This document shows, one piece after another, positions 37,057-45,216 of a stretch of 64,000 nucleotides of DNA. Source of the DNA: Candidatus Omnitrophota bacterium (lineage in GTDB: Bacteria > Omnitrophota > Gorgyraeia > Tantalellales > Tantalellaceae); NCBI GenBank assembly GCA_043813915.1, contig JBDRKO010000012.1, positions 37,457 to 101,456 on the forward strand, read 5' to 3'. Within the stretch, counting starts at the first letter, position 1; each line of letters begins with the position of its first letter. The notes below the pieces were generated by a model, which was given only the letters and a program-made list of their open reading frames with translations, was not told the origin of the DNA and ran no database searches. Both the position numbers and the translations under genes were made by a program.

Positions 37057-37218
37057 TTCATAGTTCGTAGTAGTTCGTGAACCGCCCGAAAAAAGAGGTC
37101 AGAGAGACGAAGGAAGAGAGACGATAGAGGGTCACCGGAGGGTAGAGGCGAGAAGATATAAGGTCACCTGGAGTAGGGGCGGGGTTGCCCCGCCCGAGGC
37201 GGGAAGTGAGAAGGAAGA

Positions 37219-37315
37219 GGCGCCGAGCACGAAATGTGCGAGGTGGGCAAAACGTCCCCGTTTTGATAGCCGAGCACGAAATGTGCGAGGTAGATCGAAA
37301 CCTCCGTGTTTCGAC
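37219..37315 (+). repeat. Two tandem copies, C1 and C2, of the roughly 50-nt GGCGCCGAG element. The hairpins are GCAAAACG-tcccc-CGTTTTG and GATCGAAAC-ctccgt-GTTTCGAC.
   Basis: They align directly with copies A, B and D. Confidence 0.8.
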
Positions 37316-37393
37316 AATCTAGTTCTAGATCTCTCGACCCGCTTTGCTCGCTCGAGATGACAATATAACCGCCGCTAAACAAAAAGAACAAAC

Positions 37394-38125
37394 ATGGCAA
37401 AGACATTTAAAAGACCTGATTCGATGAAAGATGTGCCGATGCATTATTGCGCCGGATGCGGACACGGGTTGATACACAGACTGATATGCGAAGTTATAGA
37501 TGACCTTGGCATAAAAGGAAATACGGTAGCGGTGGCACCCGTAGGATGCGCCGTGCTCGCCTATGATTACTGGGATTTTGATACTATGGAAGCGCCGCAT
37601 GGACGGACACCGGCCGTAGCGACGGGACTTAAACGCGTTCTGCCGGATAGTCTGGTATTTACGTATCAGGGCGACGGCGATCTTGCCGCTATCGGGACGT
37701 CCGAGATCATACATGCCGCCAATCGAGGAGAAAATATTTCCGTTATATTTGTCAATAACGGTGTATACGGGATGACCGGAGGACAAATGGCTCCTACGAC
37801 TCTTAAAGGTCAGATAACCGCGACATCACCGCATAAGCGCAGAGTTGAAAAAGAAGGATATCCTTTAAAGATAACGGAAATGATGGCCCTTCTTGACGGA
37901 ACAGCTTATCTTGAAAGAACATCGGTAGATTCTTACGTGAATATCACTAAAACCAAAAAAGCTATAGAAAAATGTTTCAGGACCCAGCTCGACAAAAAAG
38001 GGTTTTCCATGGTAGAGATAATTTCGCCATGCCCCACTTATTGGGGAATGTCACCGGAGAGATCCATGGAAAGGATACGCAGCGAAGTTGTTAAGGAGTA
38101 TCCGTTGGGAGTTATTAAAGGGTAG
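37394..38125 (+). CDS. 2-oxoacid:ferredoxin oxidoreductase beta subunit (TPP-binding).
   Basis: It has the motifs HYCAGCGHG and GDG. Confidence 0.85.
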   Translation: MAKTFKRPDSMKDVPMHYCAGCGHGLIHRLICEVIDDLGIKGNTVAVAPVGCAVLAYDYWDFDTMEAPHGRTPAVATGLKRVLPDSLVFTYQGDGDLAAIGTSEIIHAANRGENISVIFVNNGVYGMTGGQMAPTTLKGQITATSPHKRRVEKEGYPLKITEMMALLDGTAYLERTSVDSYVNITKTKKAIEKCFRTQLDKKGFSMVEIISPCPTYWGMSPERSMERIRSEVVKEYPLGVIKG

Positions 38126-38357
38126 TTAAAGAGAGGTCAGAAGACAGAAGTCAGAGGGCAGAAAGACGAAGGACGATAGAAGAAGTGTCAGAGTGTCAAA
38201 GTGTCCGGGTGTCAAAAAGTTGTGGCGAATGATGTTCTCTCTTCCGTCATTGCGGGGACTTCTGCGAAGCTCTACCAGGGGCCCATATTATATTAGAGCG
38301 TAGCAGAGGATGAAGCAATCTCAAGAGAGTCTGTAATTTAATATTTGGATCTTATTT

Positions 38358-38903
38358 ATGAAGAATACCATTCACCACACTATTATTTGCGCCGGGTTCG
38401 GCGGGCAGGGCATAATGGTGCTCGGCAAAGTAATTGCCGAAGCCGGAATGCTAGCCGGGATGAACGTGACATGGCTTCCTTCCTACGGCGCCGAGGTCCG
38501 CGGAGGAACGGCACATTCGGCCATAAGAATAAGTTCCGGCAAGATCGCGAGCCCTATCGTCTCCGGAACGGATACGGCCATTATAATGAACGGACCTTCT
38601 CTGGATAAATTCGAAAAAAGAATAGTTCCGGGAGGGCTTCTTGTGCTCAATACCTCCATGGCCGAGAGGACCTCCGATAGAAAGGATATTGAGATAGCGA
38701 ATGCACCCTTGACGGAGGAAGCTATAAAATTAGGTAACATAAGGGTCGCTAATATCATAGCGGTCGGGATATATCTGTCAAAAAGGAATATTTTGACCAA
38801 AGACGCGGCCGTTGAGGCCATAAAAAAAATGGGTTCAGGGAAAAAAGAACTGGTAGAGATAAATATTAAAGCGTTAGAATTGGGGATGGAGATAGGGAAG
38901 TAA
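38358..38903 (+). CDS. 2-oxoacid:ferredoxin oxidoreductase gamma subunit.
   Basis: It has the motif ICAGFGGQGIMVLGKVIAEAGM. Confidence 0.8.
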   Translation: MKNTIHHTIICAGFGGQGIMVLGKVIAEAGMLAGMNVTWLPSYGAEVRGGTAHSAIRISSGKIASPIVSGTDTAIIMNGPSLDKFEKRIVPGGLLVLNTSMAERTSDRKDIEIANAPLTEEAIKLGNIRVANIIAVGIYLSKRNILTKDAAVEAIKKMGSGKKELVEINIKALELGMEIGK

Positions 38904-39048
38904 GGGGTAGATGTCAGAAGCCAGAAGTCAGAGGTCAGAGACACGAAGGAAGAAGGACGAGGGACGAGAGAATAGTTTGAAAAGTTAAAACGTTTTAAAA
39001 GTTAAAAAGTACAAAGGGTAGGAAGAGGGAGGAAGTAGCTACTCCCTA

Positions 39049-39128
39049 TTGTCATCCCGAGTGAGCCGAAGGCGAATCGAGGCGCCGAGGACGAAGTGTC
39101 CGAGGTGGGCAAAACGTCCCCGTTTTGA
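39049..39128 (+). repeat. Left-TIR-like segment TTGTCATCCCGAGTGAGC followed by copy D of the GGCGCCGAG element, with hairpin GCAAAACG-tcccc-CGTTTTG.
   Basis: It links the MITE-like family and the 50-nt element family into one mosaic. Confidence 0.7.
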
Positions 39129-39401
39129 CGATTGTGGGAGAGTATAGTGTCAAAGTGTTAGAGAAAGAACTGACTCTGTGAATCTAATGAGCGGAGATAA
39201 GGGGTCTTCTTTGTAGCTAAGCGAATGATGACTCTATGACTCTAATAAAGGACAATAGTCAATCGTCAATAGTCAATGGTCTGTTAAGACGGTTCACAAA
39301 TCACGACTCACGAATTACGAATTACGATTAAGCATCAATCAATACAACGCTGTGACCTATGCGATCAAAAGGTCTATTGTCTATAAATTAAGGATATTAT
39401 C

Positions 39402-40679
39402 ATGGGAGTACGAGTAAGATTCGCGCCTAGCCCTACGGGGTTCCTTCATCTGGGAAGCGCAAGGACGGCGCTTTTTAACTGGCTATACGCCAGGCGGACA
39501 AAAGGCCGGTTCCTGCTTAGGATAGAGGATACCGATAAGGTAAGATCCGATAAAAAATTCTTGGAAGAGATACTTGAAGACCTTAAATGGATGGGCCTGG
39601 ATTGGGACGGAGAACCTATCTATCAAAGCGGCAGGTTCGACGTATACAAAGAAAAAGCGGAAGAGCTGCTCGCCGCCGGAAAAGCGTATAAAGAAGGCGA
39701 CGCTATCATATACAGGGTCGAAAAAGGAAGGACTGTGGAAGTCGCGGACATTGTTCACGGCATTATCCGTTTCAATACGGATGAGATAAAAGATCAGGTG
39801 ATGATGAAGTCCGACGGATCACCGGCATATAATTTTTGCTGTGTCGTAGATGATGTTGAAATGGGCATAACCCATATTATCCGGGGGGACGATCATCTTT
39901 CCAACACGCCTAAACAGATACTTTTTTATGAAGCGTTCGGTGCGGTGCTCCCGAAATTCGCTCATCTGCCGCTTATGATGGGTGTCGACGGCGCTAAACT
40001 GTCCAAAAGGCACGGCGCGGTTTCCGTGGAGGAATACAAAAAAGACGGGTTCCTGCCTGAAGCACTGGCGAATTACCTGATATTGCTCGGATGGTCTCCC
40101 GGAGACGAAAAAGAAATAATCACGATCGAAGAGGCTTCACGGATATTCGACCTTAAGGATATGAGAGATGTGCAGGCAAGGTTCGATATCCAGAAACTTA
40201 CATGGATCAACGCGGAGTATATAAAAAAAAGAACAGCGGAAGAACTTAAACCTCTTATAAAAGTACATCTAGCCGAGGAGGGGATCGAGGCCCCGGACGG
40301 GACATTAGATAAGCTGATAGACTTATATCATGTCCGTATAAAAACGACAAAAGATTTCGTAGAGCTAACAAGATCATTTTTTACGGACGATTATCCTATT
40401 GACGAGAAAGGGACCAAGAAGTTCGTAGAAGCGGGCGGCAACAAGGAAAACCTTAAGATCTTTGCCGGGGAACTTGAAAAAACGGAGAAGTTCACTCATG
40501 AAAATATAGAAGAAGTGTGTAGAAAAATAATGGAAGAAAGAAAGTTAAAAGCGGCTGAAATAATACACCCCACGCGCATGGCGATATCGGGAAGGACAGA
40601 TGGAGCGGGCCTGTTCGAGATGATGGAAGTACTTGGGAAAGAGAAAGTTATAGAGAGGATGTTGAAGACGGCCGGATAA
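39402..40679 (+). CDS. gltX: Glutamyl-tRNA synthetase.
   Basis: It has the HIGH-region motif PSPTGFLHLG and the KMSKS variant KLSKR. Confidence 0.85.
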   Translation: MGVRVRFAPSPTGFLHLGSARTALFNWLYARRTKGRFLLRIEDTDKVRSDKKFLEEILEDLKWMGLDWDGEPIYQSGRFDVYKEKAEELLAAGKAYKEGDAIIYRVEKGRTVEVADIVHGIIRFNTDEIKDQVMMKSDGSPAYNFCCVVDDVEMGITHIIRGDDHLSNTPKQILFYEAFGAVLPKFAHLPLMMGVDGAKLSKRHGAVSVEEYKKDGFLPEALANYLILLGWSPGDEKEIITIEEASRIFDLKDMRDVQARFDIQKLTWINAEYIKKRTAEELKPLIKVHLAEEGIEAPDGTLDKLIDLYHVRIKTTKDFVELTRSFFTDDYPIDEKGTKKFVEAGGNKENLKIFAGELEKTEKFTHENIEEVCRKIMEERKLKAAEIIHPTRMAISGRTDGAGLFEMMEVLGKEKVIERMLKTAG

Positions 40680-40896
40680 ATTTGTTCCTACGGGGACGTC
40701 CGATCTCCTCCGGCGGGAAATCGGACTCGGTAATTTTCGAACAATTTTTCATCCTTCCGGGATGAAAAAACCAAGCTTGTTCGAAAATTAACGCCCCGCA
40801 CGAAACAAATTGACCCGTCAACTATTCTCTTTCGGCGTGGAGGGGGCGAACGGCCTGCGGCCGTTCGGGAAAAGCGGAAGTGGCTGGGACAAAAAG

Positions 40897-40952
40897 GTTG
40901 GGAGAGAGAAAGTTATAGAGAGGATGTTGAAGACAGCCGGATAAATTTGTTC
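40897..40952 (+). repeat. Direct duplication, 56 nt at about 90% identity, of the last roughly 15 codons plus the stop and 3' flank of gltX (40632..40688).
   Basis: gttgggagagagaaagttatagagaggatgttgaagacagccggataaatttgttcc aligns with cttgggaaagagaaagttatagagaggatgttgaagacggccggataaatttgttcc. Confidence 0.85.
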
Positions 40953-41025
40953 CGGCCTATATCGTCGACCAACGGCACGAGTATTTCCAGCTCAAACAGT
41001 CCTCGCCCCTTAAATCCATCCGGGA

Positions 41026-41070
41026 TAGATCTTATCCCGGATAAGATCTATCCCGGATGGAAAAGCGGGA
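41026..41070. repeat. Perfect 45-nt palindrome: two 22-nt arms (CCATCCGGGATAGATCTTATCC) around a 1-nt centre.
   Basis: It is its own reverse complement except for the centre base. Confidence 0.85.
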
Positions 41071-41296
41071 AGATAGAGGTCAGATAAAAATGTAGGAGCG
41101 GTTCGTGAACCGCCCGAAAAAAGAAGGACGAAGCAATCTCTCTAAGGAGTTGTTGCCTGTAACCAGAAACCAGTAACCAGCAATAGAATGAGAGCACTGT
41201 TTCCTCTGGTAACTGGTAACCGGAAACTGGTTACTTTAAAGAAGCACTGTTCACTATTCACGAGTCACGAATTACGATTTACGAATCACGAAACTT

Positions 41297-42970
41297 ATGA
41301 GCAACTCAAATTTCATTACAGAGATAATAGATAAAGACCTTGCGCAAGGCAAGAACTCGGGACGCGTGCACACGCGGTTCCCGCCCGAACCTAACGGGTA
41401 TCTGCATATAGGACACGCGAAATCGATATGCCTTAATTTCGGATTAGCCGAGGAATATAAAGGCCTGTGCAACCTTAGGTTCGATGATACAAACCCTGAA
41501 AAAGAAGAAGACGAGTATGTCTCGTCCATACAAGAAGACGTGAAATGGCTGGGGTTCGATTGGGCAGACAGGCTGTATTACGCTTCGGATTATTTCGAAC
41601 GTCTTTACGGTTACGCGGTCGAACTCATAAAAAAAGACAAAGCATATGTATGCGACCTGACGATGGACGAGATGAGGGAATACCGAGGAACGCTGACAGA
41701 ACCCGGTAAAGACAGCCCATACAGGACGAGATCCGCTAGCGAGAACCTTGATCTTTTCGGAAGGATGAGAAAAGGCGAATTCGCCGACGGGTCACGCGTT
41801 TTGAGAGCTAAGATAGACATGGCGTCACCGAATGTCACCATGAGAGACCCTATACTCTACCGTATACGCAGAGCCGAACATCATAGGACCGGCAGCGAAT
41901 GGTGCATATACCCGATGTATGATTTTACGCATTGTCTTTCCGATTCCATCGAGGGGATAACACATTCCATCTGCACGCTGGAATTCGAGAACAACCGTCC
42001 TTTGTATGACTGGATACTGGACGAGCTTGGCCTGCATCATCCTCAGCAGATAGAGTTCGCCAGGCTCAACCTGGGGTATACCGTTCTCAGCAAGAGAAAA
42101 CTGCTTGAGCTTGTGGAAGAAAAATATGTTTCGGGATGGGACGATCCGAGGATGCCGACGATATCAGGCATAAGAAGACGCGGGTATACTCCGGGCTCCA
42201 TACGTTCTTTCTGCGCCGGGATCGGAATATCAAAATTCAACAGCATCATAGACATGGTGGTCCTTGAGAACAGCATAAGGGAAGAGCTTAATAAAAAAGC
42301 GCAAAGGGTCATGGCGGTATTGAGACCTCTGAAAATCGTTATTGAGAACTATCCCGAAGGAAAAGAAGAGGAGCTTGACGCTATTAACAATCCGGAAGAC
42401 CCGTCTATGGGCACAAGAAAAGTCTCATTCGCGCGGGAAATATACATCGAGAAAAAGGATTTTCAGGAAACTCCGCATAAAAATTTTTTCCGCCTAGCTC
42501 CGGGACGAGAGGTACGCCTCAGATACGCGTATTTTATCAAATGTGAAAAGGTCATTAAAGACGAAAGAACTGGAGAGATAACAGAACTCGTGTGCTCTTA
42601 TGATCCCAAGACTCGCGGAGGCGATGCGCCCGACGGGCGTAAGGTCAAAGGGACCATACACTGGGTGTCCGCGAAACACGCGTATAAAGCCGAAGTGCGG
42701 CTCTATGACCACCTTTTTACCGAAAGAGATCCCGGAAGCCTGGAGGAAGGGGAGGATTATAAAGATAAACTTAACCCTAAGTCTCTAGAGACGCTTACCG
42801 GATGTTTTCTTGAACCCTCGCTCCGTGAAGCCGAACCTTTCATTCCTTATCAGTTCGAACGCATGGGATATTTCTGCGTAGACCCAGTTGATTCCGAAGC
42901 CGGTAAACCCGTTTTTAACCGGACCGTATCGTTAAGGGATACGTGGGAGAAGGTTAAAGGGAAAGGATAG
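41297..42970 (+). CDS. glnS: Glutaminyl-tRNA synthetase.
   Basis: It has the HIGH-region motif [12 protein letters not shown] and GlnRS-type anticodon-binding beta-barrels. Confidence 0.9.
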   Translation: MSNSNFITEIIDKDLAQGKNSGRVHTRFPPEPNGYLHIGHAKSICLNFGLAEEYKGLCNLRFDDTNPEKEEDEYVSSIQEDVKWLGFDWADRLYYASDYFERLYGYAVELIKKDKAYVCDLTMDEMREYRGTLTEPGKDSPYRTRSASENLDLFGRMRKGEFADGSRVLRAKIDMASPNVTMRDPILYRIRRAEHHRTGSEWCIYPMYDFTHCLSDSIEGITHSICTLEFENNRPLYDWILDELGLHHPQQIEFARLNLGYTVLSKRKLLELVEEKYVSGWDDPRMPTISGIRRRGYTPGSIRSFCAGIGISKFNSIIDMVVLENSIREELNKKAQRVMAVLRPLKIVIENYPEGKEEELDAINNPEDPSMGTRKVSFAREIYIEKKDFQETPHKNFFRLAPGREVRLRYAYFIKCEKVIKDERTGEITELVCSYDPKTRGGDAPDGRKVKGTIHWVSAKHAYKAEVRLYDHLFTERDPGSLEEGEDYKDKLNPKSLETLTGCFLEPSLREAEPFIPYQFERMGYFCVDPVDSEAGKPVFNRTVSLRDTWEKVKGKG

Positions 42971-43205
42971 AAGCCAGAAGACAGAAGTCAGAGGGCAGAA
43001 AGACGAAGGACGATAGAAGAAGTGTCAGAGTGTCCCCGTAACAGTCACTTCGTTCCGGTACAGGGCAGGCGCCGTGTCAAGGTGTCAGAGATGAACAAAG
43101 GATGAAGGACGGGGGACGCATCCTTTGCGTCATTGCGAGCGTAGCGAAGCAATCCATTCCGATCCCCGAGATCCTCTCAAATATTTAATTTCGAATCTCG
43201 ACTTC

Positions 43206-43350
43206 CGCCTGTACATCGATCATACAGTTTATCCTTTATTCTTCTCTTTTTCGTAACTAAACGCTTTAAATTGTTCACACAAATAATCCGGCCTTAGATG
43301 TCTGTATCTTTGGGTCATTGCTAAGTTTTTATGTCCTAAAACTGCCTGTC
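43206..43350 (-). pseudogene. Truncated remnant of a tyrosine integrase (the C-terminal roughly 50 codons only), paralogous to the intact integrase at 48174..49256.
   Basis: Nt 43206..43350 align to 48161..48300 (the integrase 3' end) at about 80% identity. No upstream integrase sequence is present. Confidence 0.6.
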
Positions 43351-43512
43351 GGGCATACCCTTTACACTTTTTCTACTTCTTTTCGGAGGGATTGCTAGTC
43401 TTTTCTAAGCTGTTTTTAAAATAATGTAGCATTTTTACATTTTCTCATACCACTTTATGTTGCATTTTAGCATTATTATTGACATAAGCTAAGTTTATGC
43501 TATACTTATCTT

Positions 43513-44835
43513 ATGAAAAGATTTATTTGGTCACAGCTACTTCATTGGAAAGAGAAAAAAGACCGGAAACCTCTTATTTTAAGAGGTGTTCGTCAAGTTG
43601 GGAAAACATACATACTCCGTTCTTTTGCTAACACTTACTTTTCAAATGTTCATTATGTAAATTTCGAAAAAGAGGAACAATTGATCTCAATATTTGACAC
43701 TGATCTTTCGCCTGTACGGATTCTAAAAGAATTAAGTTTTCATTTGGGTCGATCTATTGATAATAAAAATGACATTATGATCTTTGATGAGATCCAGAAC
43801 GCACCCAAAGCTCTTACCAGCCTGAAATACTTTTATGAAGAAATGCCGGAAATGGCCATATGCTCGGCAGGTTCATTGCTGGGACTTCACTTGGGAGCTG
43901 AGGCATTCCCGGTAGGTAAAGTAGATTTCCTTGAGTTATATCCCTTTTCTTTTGCCGAATTTTTAAGAGGTGTCGGTGACCAAAAATCTTATACTTTTCT
44001 CAGGGATTTTAAAAAGGGACAAATTATCTCGGACCATATACATAAACATTTATGGGAACAACTAAAATTGTATTTCGTTGTAGGCGGCCTTCCTGAAGTC
44101 ATTAATACCTACTCTTCACATAAAGATAATTTATTCTCCGCGCTAGAACTAGTACGAAAAAAACAGAAAGAGCTTATTGTAGCTTATACCGCGGATATGG
44201 CAAAACATTCCGGAAAGCAGAACGCCATGCACTTAGAGCGCTTATTTAGGAACATACCTGCCCAACTTGCCAAAGAACAGGACTTTTCAGTTTCCAGGTT
44301 CAAGTTTAAGGGAATAATTCCCGGTATTAACAGATATTCAAAGCTGGCAGGTTCAATTGATTGGCTGATTAACGCGGGATTAATTATCAAATCCAACATA
44401 GTAAACCACTGTGAACTTCCCTTCTCTGCTTACACAAAAGAAAATTTCTTTAAACTTTATCTTTTTGATCCGGGTATTCTTGGTGCCTTGAGCGATCTTC
44501 CCTCTAAAGCTATCTTGGACTACGATTATGGCTCATATAAAGGATACTTCGCTGAAAATTATGCCGCTTGTGAATTCAAATGCTTTGAAGGCAAAGACCT
44601 TTATTCTTGGCAGGAAAACACCGCGGAGGTGGAATTTTTAAGAGAAATAGATGGTTCCATTTTTCCCATTGAAATCAAGTCGGGGAACATAACCCAGGCA
44701 AAAAGCCTTAAAGTGTTTGCGGACAAATATGATCCGCCATACCGCACTGTAATGAGTGGGAAAAAACCACTTTTCGATGATATAAATAAAATTCACAAGT
44801 ACCCTTTATACCTAGCTTCGCGTTTTCCTGTTTGA
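43513..44835 (+). CDS. AAA+ ATPase with a C-terminal DUF4143-like domain.
   Basis: It has the Walker A motif GVRQVGKT and a Walker B motif IMIFDEIQ. Confidence 0.7.
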   Translation: MKRFIWSQLLHWKEKKDRKPLILRGVRQVGKTYILRSFANTYFSNVHYVNFEKEEQLISIFDTDLSPVRILKELSFHLGRSIDNKNDIMIFDEIQNAPKALTSLKYFYEEMPEMAICSAGSLLGLHLGAEAFPVGKVDFLELYPFSFAEFLRGVGDQKSYTFLRDFKKGQIISDHIHKHLWEQLKLYFVVGGLPEVINTYSSHKDNLFSALELVRKKQKELIVAYTADMAKHSGKQNAMHLERLFRNIPAQLAKEQDFSVSRFKFKGIIPGINRYSKLAGSIDWLINAGLIIKSNIVNHCELPFSAYTKENFFKLYLFDPGILGALSDLPSKAILDYDYGSYKGYFAENYAACEFKCFEGKDLYSWQENTAEVEFLREIDGSIFPIEIKSGNITQAKSLKVFADKYDPPYRTVMSGKKPLFDDINKIHKYPLYLASRFPV

Positions 44836-44906
44836 GATCATAAGATCCAAAAGGGCATATGTTTTAGCAAAAAGAAAAAACCCCCACGATTAGTGAGGGT
44901 TCATTC

Positions 44907-44923
44907 AGATTGGCTGGGATGCC
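44907..44923. repeat. Direct repeat of the tRNA-Gln 3' end (17 nt, TGGCTGGGATGCCTGG), a candidate att site.
   Basis: It is identical to 45103..45119 and 52314..52330. Confidence 0.7.
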
Positions 44924-45102
44924 TGGCCGATTCGGACTATGATGCTTCTGTTCGTCGCATCATTTACGCCCTTATCGGCATTTCCTTGCGCCTTTGGCGC
45001 TCGGTCAGACTCGGCGTTACATTAATTTCATATTATTTTCGCCATCGTCCACTTACACAGACCAATAAACAAAAAACCCCTCTAACGAGGGGCATTTTGT
45101 TT

Positions 45103-45121
45103 ATGGCTGGGATGCCTGGAC
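45103..45121. repeat. Direct repeat of the tRNA-Gln 3' end (19 nt), a candidate attR of the integrative element.
   Basis: TGGCTGGGATGCCTGGACT matches the tRNA-Gln 3' end at 52314..52332. Confidence 0.75.
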
Positions 45122-45216
45122 TATCAGCTAGGCTTTCCCAAGTCCTTTAGTCACTTGTGATTGTAAACTTTCTTTAAATTTTTGGACAGTTTTTGGTCAG
45201 TTTCTAGTGAAATAGA

